Origin: Glycocaulis sp.
GTDB taxonomy: Bacteria; Pseudomonadota; Alphaproteobacteria; Caulobacterales; Maricaulaceae
Assembly: GCA_046295255.1 (NCBI GenBank)
Contig: JBKBNS010000006.1
Span: 3,580 to 67,579, forward strand
Length of the DNA: 64,000 bases
Direction of reading: 5' to 3'
Made by a program: the position numbers and the translations under genes. Position 1 is the first letter of the stretch; every line of letters begins with the position of its first letter. The notes beneath the pieces were generated by a model. It did no database searches. It had not been told where the DNA came from and was given only the letters and a program-made list of their open reading frames with translations. Positions 1 to 9,293 of the stretch are shown here, piece by piece.

Positions 1-1140
1 AAATCCGTTCATCAGCGGCTCGGGCCGGTCCGGGGCCGGACCGTTGAGCAGAGCCTCGCGCCAGCGGAAGGCGCGCTCCACATCGCCATCGAGCGCCAGC
101 GCCAGCACGAAGCGCGGCCCGTGAACCAGCGTCTCGGCATTGATGGGAAGGGTTTCGATCTCGATGGCATAAGCGCGGGCCACTTCGGCAAAACGCCCTT
201 CGCTCACCGCATCCTCGAACCGGGCGGCCAGCGCTTCGGCGGCAATCATGCGGTCGAGATCCTGCTGCGCGATGGCGGCCAGCGCGGCGGCACGGTCTGC
301 CCCTTCCATGTTCATGGCCGCTTCCAGCGCCTCATCGAGCATTTCAGGCAGGGCGATGGGCGGGCCGGTACGGTCAGCCGCGCGCTTCAGCCAGGCGGGC
401 GCGTCCGCCGCCGGAGCGATGCGCTCGTCAGGCGCAATAAGGGCGGCCAGTGCCAGCGCGATACCCGATGAGGGCGCCGCCCCTGACGGCAGGCCGCGGC
501 CCAAGGTGAAGGCATCAAAAAGCGTGTCAAACCCCGGATCGGGCTCGGAGGCGCGGGCCAGATCAGCCGTCAGGTCGGCAGCTGCCATATTGCCCGCCAG
601 CGCCAGACACACCGCCCGGGCACGCAGCCAGTAGGGCTCGTCGCGCCCACGCAGCAGGCTGTCGGCGGTGTTACACGCCGCGTCGGTCTCACCGAGCGCA
701 AAGGCCGCCTCGGCATGGACGCGCGAGAGCGCCGGGGACTCGTTGACGCGCGGGGTGCGCTCCAGCAGCTCGAACACCTGTTCGGCCCGGCCTGCTGCCA
801 GCGCGCGGTCTGCGCGCAGGGCGGCAAGCGGGAAATCGTCACGGCCACCGCGCGGCGGCGCTCCGGACGCCAGCAGCGCGCGCTCGGCAAGGCGGGCGGC
901 GGCAGGCTGACGCCAGCCCGGCCCGTCACTGCCCGGCAATTCGCGCAAGATGGCGCGCAGCGCCTCGGAATCGCTCGACGCCCAGATATCAGCCGGCATC
1001 ACATTGCGCGAACCGATCTGGAACGGATCAACCGCACCCAGCTCCTGCGCCTGAATGGTGCCCGATGGGGTTTGCTGGGCGAGCGCGGCCCCGCCAAAGG
1101 CCAGCGCTCCGGCAAGGGCGAGACTAGCTGTCCAGCGCAT
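1..1140 (-). CDS. Conserved exported hypothetical protein, alanine-rich (runs off the left edge)
   Basis: Read manually: ATG at 1140, MRWTASLALAGALAFGGAALAQQTP... (signal peptide), open to position 1. Absent from the track because no stop lies in the window. Sits divergent from aroK, as commonly seen in alphaproteobacteria. Confidence 0.75.
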   Translation of the reverse strand, partial: MRWTASLALAGALAFGGAALAQQTPSGTIQAQELGAVDPFQIGSRNVMPADIWASSDSEALRAILRELPGSDGPGWRQPAAARLAERALLASGAPPRGGRDDFPLAALRADRALAAGRAEQVFELLERTPRVNESPALSRVHAEAAFALGETDAACNTADSLLRGRDEPYWLRARAVCLALAGNMAAADLTADLARASEPDPGFDTLFDAFTLGRGLPSGAAPSSGIALALAALIAPDERIAPAADAPAWLKRAADRTGPPIALPEMLDEALEAAMNMEGADRAAALAAIAQQDLDRMIAAEALAARFEDAVSEGRFAEVARAYAIEIETLPINAETLVHGPRFVLALALDGDVERAFRWREALLNGPAPDRPEPLMNGF

Positions 1141-1264
1141 TGGTGACCTCGATCCGGGTTTCCACCGGCTCCGGGGCCATGCCGTCGGCGAGGAACAGCA
1201 AGCCTGCAAAGATCAAACCGACACCGAGTATGCCGGCACCAACTCCGATAAGCAGTCCGCGCAT
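1124..1264 (-). CDS. Small single-TM membrane protein (46 aa)
   Basis: MRGLLIGVGAGILGVGLIFAGLLFLADGMAPEPVETRIEVTNALDS*. Purine-rich RBS (AGGAGGGG) upstream; overlaps the start of the next gene. Confidence 0.65.
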   Translation of the reverse strand: MRGLLIGVGAGILGVGLIFAGLLFLADGMAPEPVETRIEVTNALDS

Positions 1265-1395
1265 GAACGCGCCCCTCCTGATGACAGATGCGGAAGACTT
1301 CTCGCCGCACTATCGCGCACAATGTGGCGATTTTTAAGTCATGGCACGCGGGAATTGCTCCTGCCCGCGCAGATGCTTATAGGCTAGGAACAATC

Positions 1396-1950
1396 ATGGA
1401 CAGAGCGCACATCGCCAGAAAACTGGACAGACCCGTTGTTCTTGTCGGCCTCATGGGGGCGGGCAAGACCACGGTGGGGCGCAGGCTGGCCGAGCGTCTG
1501 GGCTGGCCGTTTCGCGATTCCGATCACGAGGTGGAGGCCGCAGCCGGGCGCACGGTAGCGGAAATCTTCTCCGATTTTGGCGAGGCCGCCTTCCGCGATG
1601 GCGAGCGAAAGGTCATTGCCCGCCTGCTTGAGGACAAGGGCAAGGGCGTCATCGCGCTGGGTGGCGGGGCGTTCATCAATGCCGATACCCGCGCGTTGAT
1701 GAAAGCCAGGGCCGTCTCGATCTGGCTGCATGCCGATATCGACACGCTGATGGAGCGCGTGGGCAAGCGCGATACCCGCCCGCTCCTGCAGACTGATGAT
1801 CCACGCGCGGTGATGGAACGCCTGATCGCCGAGCGCGCGCCGGTCTATGCCGAGGCCGATATCCATATCCATTCCCATGGCGACCCGCATGAGACCACCG
1901 TGGCCGGGATCATCGAGGCGCTGGCAGACCGGGTGGAGGCAGGCTCATGA
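1396..1950 (+). CDS. aroK: Shikimate kinase
   Basis: GLMGAGKTTVG Walker A, DSD, FRDGE, GGG and RPLL motifs; ATG at 1396; coupled to aroB. Confidence 0.95.
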   Translation: MDRAHIARKLDRPVVLVGLMGAGKTTVGRRLAERLGWPFRDSDHEVEAAAGRTVAEIFSDFGEAAFRDGERKVIARLLEDKGKGVIALGGGAFINADTRALMKARAVSIWLHADIDTLMERVGKRDTRPLLQTDDPRAVMERLIAERAPVYAEADIHIHSHGDPHETTVAGIIEALADRVEAGS

Positions 1951-3047
1951 CACGATTGCACACCGTGCCGGTCAGGCTCGGACCGGCCAGCTATGACGTG
2001 CTCATCGGCGAAGGCGCGCTCGATGCCTCGCTGGAGACGGTAAGACGGCTCTGCCCGCGCGGCCGGGCCATTGTGGTGGCCGATGAGGCCGCGCTGGCGC
2101 CTCACCGCGCCCGCCTGGAGGCAGCACTCGCGAGCGCCGGGCTGTCCCTGCACGTCATTGCGCTGGGCGGCGGTGAGGCCGTGAAAAGCTGGGAGAGCCT
2201 TGAAGCGCTGACCGGCAAGCTGCTCGGCCTCAACATGGAACGGGGCGAGGCGCTGATCGCGTTCGGGGGCGGCACGGTGGGCGACCTGGCCGGGTTTGCC
2301 GCCGCGATCATGAAGCGCGGCTGCCCGTTCGTGCAGATGCCCACGACCCTGCTGGCACAGGTGGACTCCTCCGTGGGTGGCAAGACCGGCATCAATACCC
2401 GCCATGGCAAGAACCTTGTGGGCGCCTTCCACCAGCCCTCGCTGGTGGTGGCCGACAGCGCGTTCCTGGCCACCCTGCCAAGGCGGGAGCTGGCCGCAGG
2501 CTATGCCGAGATCGTCAAGGCGGGCCTGATTGCCGATGCTGCCCTGTTTGAGCGGCTGGAAGCCCTTGGCGGTGACCCGCTGACACTGGATACGCTAACC
2601 CCCCTCATCGCCGATGCGGTCGCATTCAAGGCGCGGATCGTGGCCGAGGACGAGCGCGAGGGCGGCGTGCGCGCTTTGCTCAATCTCGGGCACACCTTCG
2701 CCCACGCCTTCGAGGCCGATGCGAAGAAGGGCACGCTCATCCATGGCGAGGCGGTGGCGTGCGGGCTGGTGATGGCGCTGAAATACTCCGCGCGCAAATC
2801 CCTGTGTGATGCCGGCGATGCACAGCGTGCCGCCCGCGTGCTGGAGCGGGCCGGCCTGCCCGTGACCATCGCAAGCCTGCCCGGCGGGCCCTATGACGCA
2901 GCCTCGCTGACACGGCGCATGGGCAGTGACAAGAAGAACGCCGGAGAGGGCCTGACCCTCATTCTTGCGCGCGGCATCGGCAAGGCCTTCATCGCGCGCG
3001 GCGAACAGCCCGGCGATGTGGAGACCTTCCTTTCAGGAGAGCTGTGA
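1947..3047 (+). CDS. aroB: 3-dehydroquinate synthase
   Basis: GGGTVGDLAGF, PTTLLAQVDSSVGGKTGIN, LNLGHTFAHA and HGEAV motifs. Confidence 0.97.
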   Translation: MTRLHTVPVRLGPASYDVLIGEGALDASLETVRRLCPRGRAIVVADEAALAPHRARLEAALASAGLSLHVIALGGGEAVKSWESLEALTGKLLGLNMERGEALIAFGGGTVGDLAGFAAAIMKRGCPFVQMPTTLLAQVDSSVGGKTGINTRHGKNLVGAFHQPSLVVADSAFLATLPRRELAAGYAEIVKAGLIADAALFERLEALGGDPLTLDTLTPLIADAVAFKARIVAEDEREGGVRALLNLGHTFAHAFEADAKKGTLIHGEAVACGLVMALKYSARKSLCDAGDAQRAARVLERAGLPVTIASLPGGPYDAASLTRRMGSDKKNAGEGLTLILARGIGKAFIARGEQPGDVETFLSGEL

Positions 3048-4327
3048 TGGAGCTGACCTATCATGCCTGGATGAGCTGGGCGTTCGCGGGCGTCATCGTC
3101 CTGCTCCTGCTCTCGGCCTTCTTCTCCGGTTCTGAAACCGCCCTGACGGCGACGTCCAAGGCGCGCATGCTGGCGCTGGAAAAGGAAAAGAACCTGCCTG
3201 CAGCACGCGTCAGCCAGCTGATCGAGGACCGGGAAAGCCTGATCGGCGCGATCCTGCTGGGTAATAATCTCGTCAACATTCTCGCCTCCACGATTGCGGC
3301 TGCGGTGTTCGTGGTGATGTTCGGGGAAGCGGGCGTACCCATCGCCACGCTGGTGATGACGGCTCTGGTGCTGGTCTTTGCCGAGGTCATGCCCAAGACC
3401 TATGCGCTGTCGAACCCCGACCGCATGGCCATGGCCGTCTCGCTGCCCATCCGCATCGTGGTGATGGTGTTCGGCCCCGTCGTAGCCGGTGTGCAGGCGG
3501 TCGTGCGCGGCTCGCTGAAACTGCTCGGCGCGAACGTCACAGGCCCTGTCCTCTCCGCCCATGAGGAGATACGCGGCCATATCGATCTGCACCTGCAGGA
3601 AGGCAGCGTGGTCAAGCACGACCGCGACATGCTGGGCGGGGTGCTGGACCTGCGCGAACTCACCGTCGATGACGTCATGGTCCACCGCAAGAACCTCGTC
3701 ATGCTGGATATCGGCCAGCCGGCCGAGCAGCTGGTGGAGACCGCGCTGACCAGCCCGCATACCCGCCTGCCGCTCTGGCAGGACGAGCCGGAAAACATTG
3801 TCGGCATACTGCATGTGCGCGATCTTGCCCGGGCGCTGCATGGCGCGGGCGGGGATGTCTCCCGGATCGACATTCCAGCGCTCAGGCGGGAACCCTGGTT
3901 CGTGCCGGAGACGACGGAACTCATTGATCAGCTCAACGCCTTCCGCACCAAGCGCGAGCACTTCGCGCTCGTCGTCGATGAATACGGCGCGCTGATGGGC
4001 GTGGTCACGCTGGAGGACATTCTTGAGGAGATTGTCGGCGAGATCGAGGACGAGCACGATGTCGCGCCGCCCGAGGAATTCCGCCCGGATGCCGATGGCG
4101 CGGTGATTGTCGACGGCGCGGTGGGCATACGCGAGATCAACCGCGCGCTGGACTGGGCCCTGCCGGACGAGGAAGCCGTCACCATTGCCGGGCTTGTCAT
4201 TCACGAGGCCCAGACCATCCCCGAGCCGGGCCAGATATTCCGCTTCCACGGCGTGCAGTTCGACATTCTCGAACGCCGCCGCAACCAGATCACGCGGTTG
4301 AAACTGACCCCCCTCAACGAGGAATAG
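3047..4327 (+). CDS. HlyC/CorC (CNNM) family transporter with CBS domains
   Basis: SAFFSGSETAL, ILLGNNLVNI, FAEVMPK, VVDEYG and TLEDILEEIVGEI motifs. Confidence 0.93.
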   Translation: MELTYHAWMSWAFAGVIVLLLLSAFFSGSETALTATSKARMLALEKEKNLPAARVSQLIEDRESLIGAILLGNNLVNILASTIAAAVFVVMFGEAGVPIATLVMTALVLVFAEVMPKTYALSNPDRMAMAVSLPIRIVVMVFGPVVAGVQAVVRGSLKLLGANVTGPVLSAHEEIRGHIDLHLQEGSVVKHDRDMLGGVLDLRELTVDDVMVHRKNLVMLDIGQPAEQLVETALTSPHTRLPLWQDEPENIVGILHVRDLARALHGAGGDVSRIDIPALRREPWFVPETTELIDQLNAFRTKREHFALVVDEYGALMGVVTLEDILEEIVGEIEDEHDVAPPEEFRPDADGAVIVDGAVGIREINRALDWALPDEEAVTIAGLVIHEAQTIPEPGQIFRFHGVQFDILERRRNQITRLKLTPLNEE

Positions 4328-4334
4328 GCGCGCC

Positions 4335-5267
4335 CTAGTCGAACAACTTGGAGACGCTTTCCTCGTTGGCGATGCGCCGTATGGCCTCGCCCAGCAGGGG
4401 CGCGATGCCGATGGCGCGCAGCTTGGAAGAGCCGGACACCTTCTCGGTCACATCGATGGAATCGGTCACCACCAGCTCTTTCAGGACCGAGTCCTCGATG
4501 CGCTGGATGGCCTTGCCCGACAGCACCCCGTGCGTGATGTAGGCGGACACCTCCGCAGCACCTTCTTTTTTGAGGGCGGCAGCGGCATTGCACAGCGTGC
4601 CGCCGCTATCGATGATGTCGTCAAAGATGATGCAGCGGCGGTCGGAAACATCGCCGATAATGTGCATCACCTCGCTCTCGCCCGCCTTGGGGCGGCGCTT
4701 GTCGACAATGGCGATATCGGCGCCCAGCCGCTGGGCGAGCGCGCGGGCCCGCACCACACCGCCCACGTCCGGCGATACGATCATCAGGTCCTTCGTGTTG
4801 TAATGGCGCTTGATGTCGCTGTCGAAGACCGGCGTCGCGAAGAGATTATCGGTCGGGATGTCGAAAAAGCCCTGTATCTGCCCGGCATGCAGATCCAGCG
4901 TCAGCACACGGTGCGCACCGGCCTTCGCGATCAGATTGGCCACCAGCTTGGCCGTGATCGGGGTGCGGCCGCCGGTTGTGCGGTCCGGCGGGGCATCGCC
5001 GAACTTGGGGTTGCCCGCGGTGAGCGGCGGGGGGCGGGCGCGCGCCCGCGCGTCCATGCAGATCAGCAACTCCATCAGATGGTCATTGGCCGGCTTGGAG
5101 GTGGACTGGATGAGGAAGACATCCTCGCCGCGCATGTTCTCGTCGATCCGCACGAACAGCTCGCCATCGGCGAAGGTTTCGATCTCGACATTGGAGAGCG
5201 GGGCATCAAGATATTCGGCAATGGCGCGCGCTAGCGGCCTGTTGGCGTTCCCGCTCATCAGCTTCAT
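4335..5267 (-). CDS. prs: Ribose-phosphate pyrophosphokinase (with an anomalous internal segment)
   Basis: [30 protein letters not shown] and DDIIDSGGT motifs. The PYFGYARQDR motif reads [10 protein letters not shown]. Confidence 0.95.
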   Translation of the reverse strand: MKLMSGNANRPLARAIAEYLDAPLSNVEIETFADGELFVRIDENMRGEDVFLIQSTSKPANDHLMELLICMDARARARPPPLTAGNPKFGDAPPDRTTGGRTPITAKLVANLIAKAGAHRVLTLDLHAGQIQGFFDIPTDNLFATPVFDSDIKRHYNTKDLMIVSPDVGGVVRARALAQRLGADIAIVDKRRPKAGESEVMHIIGDVSDRRCIIFDDIIDSGGTLCNAAAALKKEGAAEVSAYITHGVLSGKAIQRIEDSVLKELVVTDSIDVTEKVSGSSKLRAIGIAPLLGEAIRRIANEESVSKLFD

Positions 5268-5375
5268 GGCGCACTTCCCCTCATCTGGCCGGTTGGCGGG
5301 CTATTAGCAGAGCGGGAGCCTGGCGCAAAGCGCAGGGCAGCGGATTCTTCACTGCCAATATCACCCGTGTACGGA

Positions 5376-6503
5376 TTATCCCTCAAACGCAGGCAGGCCC
5401 GGCGGCGGCCCAAGTCCGGGCGCGCTGATCGCGATGACCTTGAAGAGTGAGCCCATCTCGGACGGATCGCACAGCCGGTGCAGCTGACGGGCAATGATGG
5501 CGCGCTGGTCCGGCCGGGAGGCACTCAAGGACGCCGCGCGCTGCTCGATACCCAGACCTTTCAGGAAAGCGCCCTGCTCCAGCGGGCCATGCACCTGAAG
5601 GCCTGCCGCGATGGCGCGCCGTGCCAGCGTCTCGAAATCCACCCGCGCGGTGAGGTCCGCCGCACCCGGCGCCTCCAGCGGATCAACCTTCTCGTGCGCG
5701 CGGATGGCTTGCAGCGTATCGCCCGGCTCGCTGCGCGCGGGGCCGTAATCGATAAAGAGCGCATGGCCGGGATGGCGGGCAAAGCGCGCCGCCAGCGCGT
5801 CCACGATCTGCGCATCGCCGGGGCGCAGCTCGATCAGCGTGCCCTCAGGGCTGTCTTTCAGGGCGGGCGGAATGAAGGGATCGTCACCGGCAAGCACCGG
5901 GCCGGTATGGAAGGCAAGGCGCGCATCATCCTCCGGGTGCAGGCCGACCACGCGTTCGCGCCATTGCCCGTCCTGCATCACGGCCTGACGCACGGGCAGA
6001 CAGTCGAGAAACTCATTGCCAAGGATGATGGCGGGGCCCTCAGGGGCCTTCTCCAGCCCGTTCGCCCAGCCGGTCTGCACGCCGGACCGGCCGAGCGTCT
6101 GGCCCTGCACCATTTTCAGTGCCGCGCTTGCCTCGATGAGGATGAGTTTCAGCGCCTCGGCAAAGCCCGGCACAGCACGGCCCGCACGCAGCATGTCAGC
6201 CATCATAGTGCCCTTGCCGGGGCCAAGCTCGATGAGGTGCAGGCGTTCGGGCGCGCCCATATCCTGCCAGCATTGCGCACACCAGAGACCCAGAAGCTCG
6301 CCGAACATCTGGCTGATCTCCGGCGCGGTAATGAAATCCGCGCCTGCGCCTATCGGATCGCGCGTAGCGTAATACCCGGCCATCGGGTCAAACAGCGCCT
6401 CCATCATGAAGACGGAGACGGGCAAAGGTCCTTGCGCGGCGATGCGTGTGCGCAGGTTGTCCGCTATGCGGGCCGCCGGATCGAAAACGTCCGGCCCGCT
6501 CAC
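5376..6503 (-). CDS. SAM-dependent methyltransferase, MidA/NDUFAF7 family
   Basis: GYYATRDPIG, DFITAPEISQMFGE, ELGPGKG and NEFLDCLP motifs; GTG start overlapping the lgt stop (GTGA). Confidence 0.9.
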   Translation of the reverse strand: MSGPDVFDPAARIADNLRTRIAAQGPLPVSVFMMEALFDPMAGYYATRDPIGAGADFITAPEISQMFGELLGLWCAQCWQDMGAPERLHLIELGPGKGTMMADMLRAGRAVPGFAEALKLILIEASAALKMVQGQTLGRSGVQTGWANGLEKAPEGPAIILGNEFLDCLPVRQAVMQDGQWRERVVGLHPEDDARLAFHTGPVLAGDDPFIPPALKDSPEGTLIELRPGDAQIVDALAARFARHPGHALFIDYGPARSEPGDTLQAIRAHEKVDPLEAPGAADLTARVDFETLARRAIAAGLQVHGPLEQGAFLKGLGIEQRAASLSASRPDQRAIIARQLHRLCDPSEMGSLFKVIAISAPGLGPPPGLPAFEG

Positions 6504-7399
6504 GATTGCTTCGTGTCCCTGGCCTTGCGGTCTGGGTTGATCACTCCCGGCGCGGACGTGACCGGCTCCCGGTATGCCCGCCAGACGAGATAGCCGCCCG
6601 CGATCACCATTGGCACGCATAGCAGCATGCCCATGGTCACATAGCCCTGCAGGGCGTCCGGCATATGGCTGTCCGGCTCGCGGAAAATCTCCACGAAGGC
6701 GCGGAACACGCCATAGCCCGCCAGAAATACGCCGGTCACGAGGCCCGGCCGGGCGAGCGCGCGGAAGCGCCAGATCAGGAAGGCGATCAGCGCCAGCAGC
6801 ACCGCGCCTTCCAGGAAGGCTTCATAGAGCTGGCTGGGATGACGCAGCAGGCAGAGCGGATCGTGTTCAAACCGCATCGCCCAGGGCAGGTCCGGGGCCG
6901 GGCGCCCGTAAAGCTCGCCATTGATGAAATTGGCCAGACGCCCGAGCAGAAGCCCGATCGGCGTCACGGCGGCCACGGCATCGGTGACGTTCAGGAACGC
7001 CACCTTGTAGGCGCGGGCGGTGAGGATCATGGCGATCATCACGCCAATGAGCCCGCCATGGAAGCTCATCCCGCCTTCGGTGATGCCGGTGATGATCCAG
7101 AGCGGCCGCTCCCAGATAGCGCTGGTCTGGTAGAAGAGCACATAGCCGATACGCCCGCCCGCGATGACGCCCACCATCACCCAGAGCAGCAATTCCTCGG
7201 CAAATCCCTTGTCCATCGGCGCGGCCACGGGCCGGGCGTGCGTGGTCCACAGGGCCGGGCACTTGATGAGCTGCAGCACGTAGTAGAAACCCAGAAACAG
7301 CCCGGCAATGTAGGAGAGCGCGTACCAGCGCACCGCCAGCGGGCCGATCTGGAACAGCACCGGATCGATCAGGTCAAAGCTCGGCTCGCAGACGGGCAA
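6500..7399 (-). CDS. lgt: Prolipoprotein diacylglyceryl transferase
   Basis: VRWYAL, GGRIGYVLFY, GGMSFHGG, GRLANFINGELYGR and HPSQLYEA motifs. Confidence 0.97.
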   Translation of the reverse strand: MPVCEPSFDLIDPVLFQIGPLAVRWYALSYIAGLFLGFYYVLQLIKCPALWTTHARPVAAPMDKGFAEELLLWVMVGVIAGGRIGYVLFYQTSAIWERPLWIITGITEGGMSFHGGLIGVMIAMILTARAYKVAFLNVTDAVAAVTPIGLLLGRLANFINGELYGRPAPDLPWAMRFEHDPLCLLRHPSQLYEAFLEGAVLLALIAFLIWRFRALARPGLVTGVFLAGYGVFRAFVEIFREPDSHMPDALQGYVTMGMLLCVPMVIAGGYLVWRAYREPVTSAPGVINPDRKARDTKQS

Positions 7400-7506
7400 G
7401 GGCGATACTCCACAGTTAACGCGTCATTCGGTGAGCGCCGGACATTGCGCTGGCCACCCCGGAAGGCCTATATCAGGGCCTCGATACCCGCAAGGACCGC
7501 CGTGCC

Positions 7507-7812
7507 ATGCAAAGCCGCAACCCTGTTTTCGCTGATCTTGCCGATCTGATGACCGATGCCTTCGGCGCCGCCCGCGCGGCGGGTGACGAGGCACGTGCCG
7601 TTTTCCGCGCGCAGGCCGAGCGGATCGCCGCAGACATGGATCTGGCGAGCCAGGAGGATATCGACGCGCTGCGGGCCATGGTCGAGAAGCAGGGCGCGGA
7701 AATCGAATCACTCAAGGCAAAACTTGCCGGTCTGGAAGCCGGCAAGGCTGCGGCGAAGCCGAAAGCGGCTGCCCGGCCCCGCAAACCCGCGGCGAAAAAG
7801 GCTTCCAGCTGA
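7507..7812 (+). CDS. ubiK: Ubiquinone biosynthesis accessory factor UbiK/BMFP family
   Basis: MQSRNPVFADLADLMTDAFGAA, coiled-coil C-terminus; divergent from lgt. Confidence 0.75.
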   Translation: MQSRNPVFADLADLMTDAFGAARAAGDEARAVFRAQAERIAADMDLASQEDIDALRAMVEKQGAEIESLKAKLAGLEAGKAAAKPKAAARPRKPAAKKASS

Positions 7813-7914
7813 ACAGCTTAACTTCAACCTCGAGCAGTGTGTTGCGCACTCTCCCCGGAGCGGCTTACCGTCGATCCACGGGACGGTGCCTGACTGTGCT
7901 CTGAGGGAGGCGCA

Positions 7915-8415
7915 ATGATGGATCTGCATACCGAAACGTTCGTTGAAACAATCGACCCGCTGGAAAGCGTCGAGCAGGCGGTAATCGCCGAGCAATTCGC
8001 CTATGAGCGCGACGATACCGAGCTGCACATGGCCGTGCCGGGCGAATGGCGCGACCATCAGATCTGGTTTGCCTGGCGGCCGGAGCTGGATGTGCTGCAT
8101 GTCTGTGCCAGCCTTGAGCTGAAAACGCCCCCCGCCCGCTTCCGGGAAGTGTGCGAGCTGGTGACCCGGCTCAATGAGCGCCTGTGGCTTGGCCATTTCG
8201 ACGTGTGGGCCGAGGACGGCTCGGTGATCTTCCGCCACGCCCTGTCGCTGGCAGGCGGGGAGACGGTCAGCCCCGGCCAGGCGGCCGCCCTGATCGGCGC
8301 CGCGCGCGAGGCCGGCGAGAGGCTCTATCCGGCCTTCAACTATCTCGTCTGGGGCGGGAAGAGTGTTGAAGAAGCCGTGTCTGCCGCCATGTTCGATACA
8401 GCGGGCGAGGCGTAA
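7915..8415 (+). CDS. YbjN domain protein
   Basis: NERLWLGHFDVW and FDTAGEA C-terminus; position upstream of proC. Confidence 0.8.
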   Translation: MMDLHTETFVETIDPLESVEQAVIAEQFAYERDDTELHMAVPGEWRDHQIWFAWRPELDVLHVCASLELKTPPARFREVCELVTRLNERLWLGHFDVWAEDGSVIFRHALSLAGGETVSPGQAAALIGAAREAGERLYPAFNYLVWGGKSVEEAVSAAMFDTAGEA

Positions 8416-8426
8416 AGGCGGGTTTC

Positions 8427-9293
8427 ATGGCGTCGAAGGAAGGTCCGGCAGGCAAGGTCGCGCTGATCGGCGCGGGCCGCATGGGCAGTGCGCTTGCGGG
8501 CGGCTGGCTGCGCCTGCGGCGTGGTGGGCTGGATGCCGAGACGCTGGTCATAATTGACCCGAACCCGGACGATGTGGCGCGCGAGCTGGCCGAGCGCTAC
8601 TCCATCACCATCCTGCCGGAGCTGACGAAGAAGGCCGCAAGCGGCGTCGACCGCGTCGTGCTCGCGGTGAAGCCGCAGGTCTTCCCGAAAGTGGCCGAGA
8701 GTCTGGCCGGCAAGGTGCCGGCAGGCGCGCTGATCGTCTCCATCCTTGCCGGCATCGGCCTTATCTCCCTTGGCCGCGCCTTTCCCGGCCACCCCATCGT
8801 GCGGGCCATGCCCAATACGCCCGGCGCCATCGGCAAGGGGATCACGGTGGGCATCTCCAACCTTGAGGCCGATGCGCCGGAATACCGGGCCGCGGCCGAA
8901 GCGCTGCTGAAAGTGACCGGCACCTATGCCTGGGTGGAGGAAGAGCGCCTGATGGATGCGGTCACGGCCGTTTCCGGCTCCGGCCCCGCCTATGTGTTCC
9001 TGATGTGCGAGGCGCTGGCCCGCGCCGGCGAGGCCGAGGGCCTGCCCCCTGCACTCGCCGAAAAGCTCGCCGTGGCAACGGTTGCAGGTGCAGGCGCTCT
9101 GCTGGAGGACGGCTATGCCCGCAAAAGCGCCGATGCGGCTGCCCTGCGCCGCGCTGTCACCTCGCCGGGCGGCACCACGCAGGCTGCCCTTGATGTGCTG
9201 ATGAGCGGGGGCGGACTGCCCATGCTGATCCGCAATGCGGTCTCGGCTGCGGAGCGTCAGGCCCGCAAGCTGGGCGGCTCCATGCAGTTCTAG
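8427..9293 (+). CDS. proC: Pyrroline-5-carboxylate reductase
   Basis: GAGRMG, LAVKPQ, RAMPNTP, TAVSGSGPAY and VTSPGGTT motifs. Confidence 0.96.
   Translation: MASKEGPAGKVALIGAGRMGSALAGGWLRLRRGGLDAETLVIIDPNPDDVARELAERYSITILPELTKKAASGVDRVVLAVKPQVFPKVAESLAGKVPAGALIVSILAGIGLISLGRAFPGHPIVRAMPNTPGAIGKGITVGISNLEADAPEYRAAAEALLKVTGTYAWVEEERLMDAVTAVSGSGPAYVFLMCEALARAGEAEGLPPALAEKLAVATVAGAGALLEDGYARKSADAAALRRAVTSPGGTTQAALDVLMSGGGLPMLIRNAVSAAERQARKLGGSMQF

Noticed and set aside
121-1387. Several short plus-strand ORFs in the track
   Set aside because: Shadow frames of the minus-strand genes at 1-1140 and 1124-1264.
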